DNA of 64,000 bases from Nageia nagi (taxonomy: Eukaryota > Plantae > Pinophyta), in NCBI GenBank assembly GCA_050084985.1, contig JBITNC010000001.1, positions 170,810,001-170,874,000 on the forward strand, read 5' to 3'. The notes beneath the pieces were generated by a model. It was not told the origin of the DNA and made no database searches. It saw only the letters and a program-made list of their open reading frames with translations. A program made the position numbers and the translations under genes. Positions 38,250 to 52,028 of the stretch are shown piece after piece. Within the stretch, counting starts at the first letter, position 1; each line of letters opens with the position of its first letter.

Positions 38250-39750
38250 GCTTCACACTCCCCAAGGGCCCACTTATTAGGGGTGATATTTTTATATCAA
38301 TTACATTTTAAACCATATTAAAATCCCCACATATAAGTCAAACAATCAATGGAAGGAATATATACACCACCTCCATAAAGTGCATATGTTTGAGGCCTCT
38401 ACTACCAACAAAATCCATACCACTTGATGATTGGGATTCATTCCCCATGTAACAAAGTTACTTTTCCATTGATTTCCTAACAGGATGAAAATGCCATCAC
38501 TTCCATCAAGATGATTGTAGCATACATATGGCTACCAATCTAGAGAAGAAAGCAAGCTGATTGAAGAGTGAAATCAATTATTTTAACTTCCTACAGATAA
38601 ACAAAATTAGGGCTATCAAATAGGTACAAATAGGACATCATTTTATCTCAGACCATGTAACGTTAGATTGGTTCATCAACCCTTTAACATTCCATGAGAA
38701 TAAATTCATTCAAGAGTTTCATGGAGAATACCTCCATTAGCTTGAGTGCCAAGCTTTGAATTGGAAAGGGATTGGAAAGAGTTAATAAAGAATATTTTTT
38801 TCCCTTTATATGGAGAGCTAGTGTGTTTGTGCTTATATCAACATGAAATGAGGGATTTCCTCAAGGAGGGCTACAAGAATATCAATCTTAAGCTTGAGTG
38901 TGCACACCCTCCATCTTTTCCAACTGCTAAATGATTGTAGAAACCAAAGAAAGATCATCATCCTTTGCATAATCCCTCATCTCCTTTATGTCATGCGACG
39001 TTTAAGGGGGAGGGGTTTTGAAATCGAGAGGAGTTTCAAAAATAGCTATTTTAGCATAACTTACCATGGGCTCACTAATATTCATTAGCATGGTCCATTT
39101 ACCTTTCCTATGTGACATTATCTACCACTCTTCTTACATTCCCTTAGTGTGGTGAGTCAGATAAGGATACAAAGTAGCAAGGGCTAAGCTCTTGGATTTA
39201 AACTTATCCGCCATCAACAAACAATCCTTGATTTTGTGAGAACCTTACTAACACCTATAATAGGTGTTCGAGTGATTAACATAGACTACGGTAAAGAATG
39301 GTATCTTCAAATTGGATATTAATATAATCCCATGATTTTAGAAAGATAAAATTTAACACACATCCTTTTGGATGGATGAAAAAAGTAGAACCAAGTTAGT
39401 TCTTCACTTACAAACTTACCAATTTGTGTGATGATGAGGCATAAAAAAGGCCAAATGGTTAGGGAGATACCTAGAAATTCCATCCATATAGGGACAATTA
39501 GGGAGACATTATCATTAACTGAAAAACCCCTATATCAAGGTTGAAAAATAAGAATAGTGTTATGAATATAGCTTATATCCTTTGATAGAACTTTATTCGC
39601 TTGCTCAGGCTCAGAAAATTGAAAGTGGAAAAACTTATTAGTGAGGTTTTGAACATGATCAACTTGGATGCCATACATATGCCAATATTGATCAATGTAA
39701 TTAAGTAATACTAAATAAATGGACAAATCTAATCAAAGTAGCATTAATTT
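38250..39750 (-). mobile_element. L1-type LINE fragment (ORF1 DUF4283-like region and ORF2 AP-endonuclease N-terminus)
   Basis: ORF1-like FFHFQFSEPEQANKVL..LIFQP*. ORF2 starts near 38709 with MNLFSWNVKGL, followed by L*EVK and VGDFNMV (~38315-38335). Confidence 0.8.
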
Positions 39751-42024
39751 AACCAAATAGAAAAGTTTAGTCTCTAACTCTTATGAAAATCATAAAAAAA
39801 GATGTTAAAAAATAAATCTATTATATTATTTTACATATGATTTTTTTCCTATATAATTATTTGCATTTTGAATTAATTTTACATCAAATTAGCTAAATCT
39901 TGCATAAAATACAATTAAAATAATAAATTATTAGAATAAAAAAGTAGAACATAAGGTTTATAATTCAAACCAAAATTAATTCATTTTCATAATCCTTTAT
40001 TAAACTTGTATATTTCATAAAGTTTTTCTTATTTACATGAATCTTCACTTTTAAGCTTTTAGAATTGAAAGAGTTATTACCATATTCGAGATTATATATT
40101 GAATGATCCTAAAATAATTTATTCCAAATTTTAAATTAGTATATATATGAGTTCATAATAGGGGAGTTGAAGAGTAAATGGGTGTTGAAATCTTTCGTAT
40201 GTATCAAAGCCTCCTCATGATGGTTTTTAAGTGCAAGGAATGAAGAACATGTTCAAGTTAGAGGATAACCTTTGGAGAAAAATGAGGTACTTTGCAAAAG
40301 TTAAATAAATCTCTCTATCAATGAATCGATGAATGAAGAATCTAGGTTTGAATTGGTAAAGGATGGACATGGGAATGAATAAAGGAGGTATTATAGGTTG
40401 TACAAGCATCAAAAGTTGATGTTTCTAGAGCTATTAGAGAGTAAGGAAGAACATTGTGGAGCCAAGGAATTTTTTCAATGTAGAAAAGATCATCTAATTA
40501 TTGAGGAGGGAGTTATGATCGATAAGGAGAAAGATGGTGTTTGGCAATAAAACCTCTTAGAAATGCTTAAGTGAGACAAGGCTATGCTCATTGAGATGAT
40601 CTCATCAAGTTTGAAGATAAATAGAATAATATTTAAGACCATGCATCAAGGAATAATCCTTGATAGTGGATATACAAATTTGAATTGACAATTGGGAGTG
40701 ATGGGTTTGTGACATATGACAAATCTGTAAATTTTTTTTATCAAGTTATGGTTTTAATTTTTTTATCTTTGATATAGTTTGACAAACCTTTGTATTATAT
40801 TTTGGTATAAAAAATTTGTGTTAGATTGAAACTATGAACCTCTTTAAAGATCTTATGCAAATGTAAAAGGTTTGATGAACCTTTTAAAATATCTTTTATC
40901 TAATATAATTTTAAAAACTAATTTTATAAAAATTCTAAAATAACAATCAAACCATATACATAGTTATTAGAAAAAATAATAATCCCATAATATAAAATTA
41001 ATAAATCTTAAATATAGTTATAATTAAATATATTTAATAACTATTTTAATATAATTTAATGATCATTGTCCATCAGGTTTGATGTTGGTGGAGATGTCTA
41101 GTTTAAACGTGGAGATTCACATTCGAATTTCAAGGATTCATGGAATTAAAGTATATTGTATCAACAATGAGGGTGTTTCAAATTAGTACTATCATACATG
41201 CAACCAATTAACTCATACACTAGAGGCTATAGAAAAAATGAAGAACATGATTTAAACCCTTAAAAAGTAGGGCAAATTACAAAAATGGCCCTCATAATTC
41301 ACATATCTACTATAATAGCCTTATAATTTTTTTTATTATAAAGTATGTTTACAAATAATAAATAATGTTTAAAACCTTCACACGTGTTTCCATTTTGTAT
41401 AATAAATATTTACAAATAGAAAATAATATTTTTAATTTATTTATTTTAAAAACTTTTTTTTAGTTCATTTATTTTAAAATATTTAACTGGTGAATTTAAA
41501 TTCTATACATAAACGATATTTACTTGATGATTTAACATATCTAATTTAGTTTAAAATATCTATAGTGAATTGCATAATATTTTTTTAAATAATTTATTTT
41601 AAAATATTTTGCAAATAATATCGTTAAATCATATAAATATTATCGATGATAATAATTATTTGAAATATAATATAATACAAAAATTTATGAGTACTATTTT
41701 TGTAATAAAAAAATTTACTATCTAATCATTTTTATAATAAAAAAATTTACTACGCCAAAGGCATTCCCTTTATGAACTTTCCAAGTTCACTTTGGAAATT
41801 TGTGGTTGATAATTTCTTAGAGCACCGTCGAAGATGATTGTAATATTATCGATCATAGATTCTCAAGGTGAGCTTTCTTTTCTCATAGTAATATAAGGTT
41901 GCATTTAGCCCCTTTCATGCCTCACGTTAGACCTTTGTAATGGCATACATGTCACCTCACACAACGAGCCCTTACGTTTGGTGAGGAAGAGGCAGGCATG
42001 TGGCAACATGGGTGGAATGACCTT

Positions 42025-42365
42025 AGTTGTTGGATTGTTGCATTCCATAAAGTTGTGTCTACGTTATGCATCTTGTTAAACAATTCATGGGCCCTTTCAA
42101 CATATCCATTTTATGCATATCCTACGATCATTGCATTCCATGAAATTGTGATTACATCATGGATCTTAGCAAACAATTCATGAGCCCTCTCAATGTATAC
42201 AATTTGTGAATATCCTACGATTATTGCATTACATGAAATTGTGTTTGCATCATGCATCTTGCTAAATAATTCATAGGCCTTGTGTATTCTTCCACTTTTT
42301 GCATACATGTCTATCAGGGCACTCACAACCACAACATTTGATATAAATCCACTTTTAACTTTCAT
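42025..42365 (-). pseudogene. PPR (PLS-class) gene fragment, ~3 motifs
   Basis: VVVSALIDMYAKSGRIHKAYELFSKM...ISWNAMIVGYA*NGYVERAHELFNKM, with an internal stop and no flanking PPR sequence. Confidence 0.9.
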
Positions 42366-44733
42366 GCCTCGCATTAGATTCAGATGCATTATTTGGAGGT
42401 GTCGAATGATTATGATGAACACTAGTGTAGGGTTGTGATGAATACAATTACCAACCTTTTGCATTCTTGGGAAAGGGGCAAACCTTTATTATCATCTTGT
42501 ACATCACAACTACCCACTTCAACATAAATATTTAAAAGAAGAATATAAGATGGATCATATTTAAAAAAATATATGCCATAAATTACCATATGCCTACATT
42601 TTTTGGTGATCTACATGCATCGTGAAGATAAATGCATCATAATCTAATCAAACTCTTTATAGGCCAATCACATCGAATCTACTACCCACCATACCTGCGT
42701 GTTACCTACAAGAATAAACACCTTTAGACATTTTGTTATAAGTGTTAGTTTAAAGTAGTGTATCAAATAAAAAGGTTTTTATTGCCATTCGTGTTGAAAT
42801 TGTGAACTCCATATCTTCCAAGCATCAAAATCCATAAAATTGTGTTTAGATTGACATCTTATCAAATAATCTAACAACCTTCTTTTTTATGTATCTTGGG
42901 CATGCAATTACGATTTATGAGGTTGTGCTCCTCTGATATGCATGAAATACATGTTTATCCTAGCCTTTATCAAGACTTCCTACAAAAATAATCCACATAT
43001 GATTAGCTATCTATGAATGATTATAATAGCTGCTATGAATTTGGCTTGAAAATGGTATTGTCCAAGAATTCTTACAAGCCTCCCTATCAAGTTTATTTTG
43101 TGTCAATTTTGCAATCATTATATCCTTTGTAATATTCATCTATGTCTATTTTGTGATATTGTATCCTTTGTAATATTCATTTATGTCTATTTTATGATCA
43201 TCATATCCTTTGTAATATTCATCTACTATATCTATTATGTTACAAACCCACAAAAGAATCCATAAGGTCGTCACACTTGTACATTTAAGAGAAATTTTCT
43301 TAGAAGAATCCTAACTAATTGTGATTGAGAATGGAGGATCATATCCCTCAACCGTAGTGTGAAGCTCCTCTCAAAAGACTGGTGTTTGACACTGAGAAGA
43401 TATGCATTGTGCCACCTACCTTGCTTGCCCAACTAACTACCTTTCCCCTTGCCACAAAAGTCTTCAAATACACATTCAAAATATGACCATTCAAATATAA
43501 ATTATAACTTTTAAATATAATTTTTTTTGATGAGTTACAAGTTTGTGCAGGGTATACTGGTACCTTGCATATGTTACATATCCACATACATGTGAGGGGG
43601 GAAATTTGAAGTTGGGGACTCTCATTATCCACTTAAGAGTTTTCAACCACCCCTCTCTCCAACTCCCCTACACATTTTGGATTATTAAATATAAATTTTA
43701 AATATTATTATTATTATTTTAAATATATATTTTTTAATAATAAAAAAATAAGAATAACAACAACAACAACAACAATAAACATAATCAACTGATAGGTCAA
43801 TTACATCCTCGATGGTGATGGTCGTCTCCTCAGAGTTAGAGGACTCTTTATCAAAAGTTGAGGAGAGTGAAGTCATATCCAGGAAGAAAGGAAAATTTCT
43901 TATTGAGTTCGAAGAGGAAGAGATGGAATCAAAGTCATACTCCTTGAATGTGTCCTCGTTGACTCCTCTAATGGTGGAGGAAGTGGACAAGGAGGGACTC
44001 TCTCCTATGAGCCCTGATCAATGCCAAGAGAAGGTAGCATATGATGAAGATACCTAGGTTGCTCAAAAAAAAATAAAGTTCCAAAATGGACATGTCATGG
44101 GAGGACTAAACAAATCGAAGATATTAATTTTAAGGATGAAATTCATGGAACTTTATGAGAAGCGTAGGCATTTCGTGGAATAGGGTCAAATTGGGAGACA
44201 AGGAAAGGAATGGAGGGATGTCAAAATCCAACATATAGATAAACATGCTGACATGGATAAAGATTAGATGAGACTTCTGATAACTTCCATAAAAAACGAA
44301 ATCTAATTTCAATGACCCCACAAAAATATTTTTATAATCTTTTTTCCACGAGGTTACAATTGCTACCGTTTTTGTAAAAAAAATTCGTGCGTATCTGGTA
44401 GTGCCATAGTAGTACTGGGTTTACGGCTTTTATCCACTACGCCTACAATCCAATTGTTCCCATGCCCATCAATCTGAACATGGCACACAGTTATCCAAGA
44501 TGTCTCTCTTCGACAGTGAAATCTTCCGCATCTGTTAAATAAATTACGTCCTCTACCCAATCTCTGCTATGAAATTCATTATTGTCATCCTAAAAAAATT
44601 AACTACATTAGCTCAGAACAAACAAAAACATAGGGAAAATCTGCACATCTCCTGCCTTCCCAGCAATTTTACAGACAGAAGAAATCCAGTCCAGTAGGCA
44701 TCACACAGCAAGCTTAGGCAATGGGCTTGAGAG

Positions 44734-45157
44734 ATGGACGACCCTGAAGGACGGGCAAAATTACCCACAAAACAAAGCATGACAGAAAAATGTTACCTTG
44801 GAAATTTGGGCGGAGATCAATTGCTGGCGATTCTGCAATGTTTGCCACTCAAATCCATATTGGCGTTTGGCATGACGTGCAGGAGGTTCCGTCAATTGAC
44901 GGAGTCGGAGAGCCTGTGGGCAAGGATTTGCGGGCGTGAGTTCGGGGGAAATGCCGTGGAGGCGTGGCTGCGTGTTGCTGCTGCGGAGGATCAGAAATGG
45001 GTGGGATGGAAAATGATTTATCGTCAGATGAGAGTGTTGGGCTGTGTGTTTTGTCGTCAATTGACGCAAAAAGAGGCGGTTCCCTTCGCTAGGGCTTCGC
45101 ATTCTTTGAATATTGTGTCTGGAACGATTGTTCTTTATGGAGGAGGCTGTGATGGAG
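44734..45157 (+). CDS. Exon 1 of F-box/kelch-repeat protein, At1g51550-like
   Basis: F-box DQLLAILQCLPLKSILAFGMTCRRFRQL..SESLWARIC.RE, then kelch start PFARASHSLNIVSGTIVLYGGGCDGG. Donor GAG|GTAAAT at 45157/45158. Intact and CpG-retaining. Downstream exons not found in the window. Confidence 0.9.
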
Positions 45158-45627
45158 GTAAATCACTTCTAATTTGCTCCTTTTTTTTTCCAAGTTATAT
45201 GTAGATATTTTTTTTTTTAAAGTTTAAGTACCCATCGATTGATATCAATACCTCCAGTCTGAGTCCAGACGTTCAAACACCTATCAAAACACCATACAAA
45301 CTGAAATGGTTGTCCAGATTTTTTGTTGTTGTTGTTGGTAGTTTCTTTAACCAGCAGCTAAGCTTCAGAATTTTACTTTCTCTACATAGATCCTTAGGGT
45401 CTCTTGTGGGCGTAAGTGGAAGTATTTTCTAAAATAATAGTAATAGCATTTTTGGCGATCTATTGCAGAATAATTGAAATTTGGTGTCAATGCAGAATAG
45501 TTCATTTGAAATAAAGTAATATTTCCTGGCTAGCTGATTTTCTATAATTTTGTTTCCCTCTGTAATCATTGGCCATTTTGGGTTTTTCTAGAAAGAATTC
45601 TTTATGGCGAAATTTTTGAGTAAAACA

Positions 45628-46214
45628 TGTTATGATGTGGAGACAAAGGCTATTACAAAGTGGAGACTATTTCGAGGAGGTGCATGTGTGCATTTAATGT
45701 ACAGCAGAGCGCTCCACTACTCCCTATAACCACGCATGTGGTGGATGCTATTTTAGTGATAAATATGAACCGTTGTTATTAGATTACAGATTGTAATCTG
45801 GATCGTTGATTTTAGGTCACAGGTTGTAAACTCTTCTATAAGGAGTTTGTACGAAGGAAAATGAAAAGGGTTTTTTCTTTAGTTTGCTAAGGTTTGTGCA
45901 TACGGAAGCTTGAGAGAGAGCTTGTGAGAAACTGGAGAGATTTTGCATCTAGGTTGATGCTGATTGTAATCCCTCTGCTGTTTGGATTATAGTAAAAGGA
46001 TCCGACTGATCTGTTCCTCCGGGGATGTAGCCCACACTGGGTGAACCTCGTTAAATCTGTGTTGCATCTCTTAATGTGAATGCTCATTTTTCTTCATGCT
46101 TGAATGTGGATGTTTATTTCCTTCTTGCTGTAGATTGTGGGTATTATTGAATCTCTTAATTTTCCTGCTGATCTCATTGCTGTGGCTGTGAGTGAGCCTG
46201 AATCTATTCCAACA
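45628..46214 (+). mobile_element. Solo LTR (587 bp) in F-box gene intron
   Basis: TGTTA...CAACA termini with perfect 5-bp TSD AAACA (45623-45627, 46215-46219) and no adjacent PBS or PPT. Strand inferred from a TATA-like CTATAAG near 45836. Confidence 0.85.
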
Positions 46215-47628
46215 AAACAGTTAAGGAATTTTTTCATAAAATTCAATAAGTTATTGCTTTTCCAGATTGGTGAATAATTATAGGATGTTTAAAATTTTGA
46301 TTTATTTTTTTTAATTTAATTTGTTTATAGAGAAATCCCTTTGTTTATTTGAACATGGATACTTAAATTCCATACCAGTTAATGTAGAACCAAAGGGTAT
46401 TGCATTTTGAACTCGGCTTCCAGAAATTACCCATTTTATCGTTCTGCCTTTCGCAAGCAGATTAAACATTAATTTTTCATTTTACTAATATGACCTCTTC
46501 TGATAGACTAAACATTTTTTTAAAAAACTTTGTACAACAGCCGTGATGTCTGACTTTTTATATATAAAGTCATCGAAGAAAGTTCAAATTTAAGGAAGAA
46601 AAAATAATAAATTCTTATAAACATATAAGGAAGGCATCCATCCTAATACGACTGCAAGTTATTCACAAAACTTCTGTATAAAACTTTACCATCAAAGAAA
46701 ACATTACTGCTATGAATTGAAGTAGCAGATGGACACTAAATCCTACATCCAGGCACAATTTCAAAAAACAAAATAAACATATAAAATCTGAATTATTGTT
46801 AGGTCTTAAATGTAATTGACATTGGATTATCATTTACGACAGTGTGCTTAGAAACAGATAAATGTTGGGAATGTAAAAGACCAGAAATATGTGGCAATTA
46901 AAAAGATAAAACTTTTCAAACAAAGCAACAAAAAGGCATAGAAACCTAAAATAGACATCAAATTCAAACTGCTATTCCTTAATAAGTCTCACTTATGGAT
47001 TTAGAGCTAAAATTACCCCCAGACAAAGTGCTAGACCATTGACTTGAACTTGAACCCAATTATCAGCTACAGAGACTAACATGGAGCTTTCTAAAAAGAG
47101 GATGAAGGTGATATGCTATTGCCCAAATATGAGATGGGTTGTTAAATTGAGGATCAATTGAATTATTTTTGAAAAATGAGAAGGAAGGCTTTCTTCTTTA
47201 TTTTTAACTATCTTGACCATTTTATCTTGATTTTTCCTCGCTTGGTATTAGAGAAAATGGGTTGATGGTTACTCAAAAAGCTTTAGGGGTTCAAGAAAGA
47301 GCACCTTTATTGCTATTCTTTCTTGGTCTCCACATCTGGATTGTTAAGTCCCTGTGGCTAATCGTGTTAAAGAATACAACACGGTTGGATACTAATAGGC
47401 ATTAGCCTGTATTCCAAGGATTTCTCTTGGTGAAGCACCTTGACGACATGGTAAATACCCCTTTCGGCTTAGTAGGTGGTTTTGACATATCTTATAAGGA
47501 TCTGTTGCCGTGTTGCATTGATAAATGTAAAAGTTAGAGCTATCATCCATGTTGCATCTTCAGTGCTAGTGATAGGTCCATTAAGGACTTAGCACTACCA
47601 AAGAGTAAGAGTCTTTGAATAACTGAGT

Positions 47629-48471
47629 CATAGGAATAAACTCGACAGAAACTCACCCATTAAAACAAAAATAGAAAAACGCTTGAAAATCTTGGCAGAT
47701 TTTTTTTTCATGTGAATTTCAATCATTTGCAAATTATTCACTTGTGTTCAAGCTTTTGATGTATTCACAAGTTTTAAATCACTTGTGATTTTTTGAAAAA
47801 CTCGAATTCTTGTCGAGCTTGACCTAGTCTTCAACGACTTTGGCATTGAGTTGATTCAAGATTCAATTGGCTTGGGAGGAATGGCAATAGTGGTAATGTG
47901 CAAATTCTGCTAGTGTGGGTGGGATGAACATTATGTCTTAAAAGTATGTTATCATGTTCTTTCAATCCAAGATGTAGAGCTCCAAAGTGATTGGATGCCA
48001 ATCAAAAACTCTTGCTGAGCAATGATTCAGGATGGCTAAAGAGGAAGAGTTGACTGACTAGGGAGCGACTCTGGAAAACTGAACCATTCAAAAAAGGTAA
48101 AAATAGTCAAACATATTTGCCAAGCTCTTTCATGAATTTTTCTCCAATTTATCTTGAGATCTTGCTGAGTTTTTGGGATATCCTAGTTTTCAATTACTCA
48201 TGATAAATTCATGAGCTGTTATTGAGTTTGATCAAGACGACCAAGCTGATTGGAGGATTGAATCTGCTCTGGAACTTCACCAATTACCTAGTTCTCATGA
48301 ATCATTCCTATTTTTCTGGAATCTATGATGCCAATATGTGCTATGAGTTTATGGAACAGTTAAGTGAGTTGCTTTATTACAAGTCCCTGTGGTTTTCAGA
48401 TGATGCTACTGCTTATGGCTGAGTTGTAATAGGCGAGTTGACAATTAAAGCATTCCTTAGGAGAAACTATG
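47629..48471. mobile_element. Possible non-autonomous hAT-like remnant
   Basis: CATAG...CTATG ends and scattered ACTCG/CGAGT-derived motifs. No TSD recognisable. Confidence 0.35.
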
Positions 48472-49308
48472 TAAAGTGCCAAATGCATGACCACATTCGT
48501 ACAATGATCGAGTACAATTTATTTCCAAAGAATGTGTAAGCATAAAATAAGTATACATATTTTGTTTAATCGTGCCTTGTGGGTACAAAGCCCAGCCGAT
48601 GTCATCTCATGTTACTAAATGAATCTTTTTATACCACTATCGACAATACTTAATGATTGTTGGATAATTATGTGTTTTACTTGTTTCGAGTTTCATTTAT
48701 TTTATGTCAAGTTCTTCATTTATTTCTGTTAATAAGAATTATCTGTGGATATCCTTAATTTTTTCTTTTCAAAAATCATGTAATTGTGATTGCTCTATAC
48801 TTGGTTACACTTCGTTGTAAAAAAATGTCATTTTCCCTAAAACTGAATCAATGTAAGTTGAGCATTGCATGTTTTTCTATATATACAGATTTTTCTTTAA
48901 ATATGTCCATGTTTAATGTAATTTATTGGTAATATTTTGTTGATATAGTTTTTTCTTTCTACAGGTAAACATAAATATTTAACAGTTGTTTATTTCTTCC
49001 AGATTAGATAAAACCCAAAATATTCATTTTTAGAATGGTACCATATTCGTGCTTTGATGCTAGCACACTATTCTATACACATTGCTTTTTTAGATTTGTA
49101 CTTTGTGATAATATTACAAGTATCACTGCCTTTATTTATGTGTACAGTTTATTCTGTTTCCCATAATTTTTTACTTTGTTAAGTAGCTTCTACAGTTTTT
49201 ATAGAAATTTATTTATTTGAAGTGATACGTTTTTGAAGTGTCTATTTCGTTTTTTCCAAGGACACAAGGTTAAGAATTCTTAATAAAAGCGAAATGTAGA
49301 TCTGCTAT

Positions 49309-50144
49309 TGTAGACATGAAAGTAATGAACAATGCATTAAAACATGCATATTTTTTTGCCTACAAAATGGAAATATGTAGGATAGGATCTAGCAACTAGG
49401 ATTATGCAAACTCAAGAGAGGATATATAAAGAAGAATTATCTAGAGGTTGAGGATCATAAGTTTGCTAGATGTAGACACAAAAAAGGGAACAATGTATTA
49501 AAATAAATACATTTATTTATGTCTACAAAAGCAAATTGATCATTAGCTAAATGTAGGATAGAGATCTAGCAACTAGGATTATGCAAATTGACAAGAGGAG
49601 ATAAAAATAACTTATTTGGATGATGGGGGATTGGACAACTTGTGTTCTTCGAGGGCAAACCCTAGTTAAAATCAATCTAGATAATCTCAAAGATAATGAT
49701 TAAGAATATGATTCTATCAAAGATAATGCTAGAATTGATATATAAACAATTTGGAACGACTTGGTTCAATCTTAAGGGTTGTTGAGGCTTGGGACCAAAG
49801 CATCCGTGTTTTGGGCTTGTAGTGCTAGATTAGTGGGCATTTTGGGCCTAGGTACCAAGACGTTGGGTGCCAAATCGAGTATTGAAATGTTGGCCGTTTT
49901 TGCTTGGATGCTCGTTCAGCTTGCACTTTTCTCCTTTTGTTACTTGGATGATCTTGATTATATTTTCCGCAATGATGGAAGATGAGCTTGCATTATTGCT
50001 TTCCTTTTGTGATAAGTCATGATGATGATCGCTTATGATTATTTACTTGCAAGGAGCACTTGGGGGAGTGCTTTACAAATAATCACAATTTGATTTTGGG
50101 TTCATCTAGGTGGACCCATGCGAAACAATTTGCATAGAAGATAA
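49309..50144 (-). mobile_element. Gypsy-like LTR fragment with tandemly duplicated terminus
   Basis: TGTAGACA at 49309 and 49471, plus a shared block TGTAGGATAG..ATCTAGCAACTAGGATTATGCAAA at 49376 and 49552. Confidence 0.5.
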
Positions 50145-50809
50145 TGCTAAATTAGAGGAAATATCTTATGCTATTTCAAAATAACCTCAAGTGAGTTCAA
50201 AATTGCCACTTTACATAAATTAAATAAAACTCTTAATTAAATACTTTTTAAATAACAAAAATGTTTTGATTTTTCAATATTGAACGAGAGAAAGTCTCTT
50301 TATATAAACTTACGAAAAGCACATTAATTAGTAAAAAGAGAAAGTCTCCTGAATTACAAAAACTAATTAAAACATAATGTTTCTATTTTTGAAAATAACA
50401 ATTAATAAACTATAGTCATAGTGACTTTATTAATGCCTAAAATCTGGTAACTAATTGGCCATTATTATTCTAATACTAATCTAACACCCTCCCTTAATGG
50501 TCAATCTACCAATTGTTGAGACTTACACAACACACCCCAAAATCTCGGGATTTTGGGGACCAAACTCAGGTCTACACAATGTCATGTCCTTGTCTTGAAT
50601 CTTCGAAAGCTTCACCTACCTGGTTATCACGCCTATCATCCCTAGCCTAAATGTTATTGTCCATCCGATCTTAGCCATGTCAGAACAAAGGTCAAAATCC
50701 TTCGAAAAATAACTAAGTCTAGAAATCATAAGTTGAGTTTAGTCAAAGTAGGGGAACCCAGGTCAAGTCCAAGTTGAGCCAAGTGAAAATTGGGCTATCC
50801 CAAGGCCCA

Positions 50810-51645
50810 GTGTATGTTTCAAAAAGATAAATTTTTGTTTTTATGGAACATGCGCCTGGAGCCAAGAATTGCCCAGGTTGGAACAAAGGTCAGAAAGAGC
50901 AAACTAGAGCATTTCTAAGTCAAGCGCATGCGTTCAAAAGACAAATTTTTGTCTTTCTGAGAAATGCACCTAGATCAGCCGACCGCCCAAGACAAGTTCG
51001 ATGATCAACAAGCAAAGATGAGGCATCCAAGGGTTGAGTGCATGCCTCAAAAAGACAAAATGTTGTCTTTCGGAGCATGCGCTCAAGGCAAGGAAACGAC
51101 CAGACTCAGCTCATGATGAAAATTGGCTCAGACATGGAACTTCTAAGCTAGTGTCCGGCTTAGGCATGACTAGAAGGGTAGGCGCATGGTTTGAAAAGAC
51201 AAAATCTTGACTTCATGTGGCGTGCACCTGACCTAGAGGGACATCATGTCAACAAGAATTATGAAATTTGGCTAAGTCCATATCACAGAAGGCTCGAAAA
51301 CCAATCAAACTGGGCAAGAGCAACCCAATGTTGCCTCAAAAAGACAAAATCTTGTTTTTTTGGGACATGCACTCAAACTGGCATGATTGGAGAGTTGGGC
51401 GCACGTTCTGAAAAGACCAAATCTTGTCTTTTTGAAACATGCGCCTAGCGTGAGGGAGGTCTTAGATGCGCCCTAGGATGAAATTTGACAAGTCTAGGCC
51501 CTAGAAAAGACAAATTTGGGTGATGTAAGGTCAAAATAGACGAGTTGAAGAGCCAAGATGACAAGTGTGCAAAGGGCATGAAGCTCCCAATTGAACGTAT
51601 GCTTCAAAAATACAAAATCTTGTCTTTTCTAGGCATGCGCCAACC
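50810..51645. repeat. ~7 dispersed copies of a ~45-bp palindrome (GCGCATG..AAAAGACAAAATCTTGTCTTTT..CATGCGC)
   Basis: Cores near 50821, 50936, 51050, 51194, 51337, 51411 and 51606, with a partial copy at 51505. Confidence 0.85.
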
Positions 51646-52028
51646 CTAGGAGCACACTCTCACCCCCACGTCCAGTTATCGATGGTAATGCATCGATTCC
51701 AAAGCTGACACAAATCCCTAGGTCGACCATGTGGACGATTGGAAATGAATTTCTCACAAAGTTGGCCAACTAAGGTTTGCAAAAACCTAAATTTTGGTGT
51801 AAATACAAGTTGGAGCTCCTCATTTTCTCAAATTCAAATCACTTATTCTCTTCTTTTTTTGAGGACAAGTGAGGAAGAGGAGCACGATTAGGGATTCAAA
51901 TTCACATCATTGCCCTCTCAAGCACATGTGGGGCATTTTGGAGCAAGACTAGGACATCGTTGGAAAAGTCTCACCTTGAATAGGCTTGTGCATCACCTTT
52001 GGAGACACCCATCACTTACTCGGACAAG

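Noticed and set aside
40150-40720. Possible second LINE ORF1 fragment
   Set aside because: Motifs too degenerate to support a call.
43685-44057. Acidic 81-aa ORF and overlapping antisense ORF
   Set aside because: Low complexity and no domain; partly due to a (CAA)n microsatellite. Probably TE debris.
45158-45204. ORF-track extension of the F-box ORF (KSLLICSFFFPSYM)
   Set aside because: Read-through past the GT donor into a T-rich intron.
47433-47450. KHLDDM resembling exon 2 (RHLDDTW) of the F-box gene
   Set aside because: No in-phase AG acceptor and no further kelch similarity.
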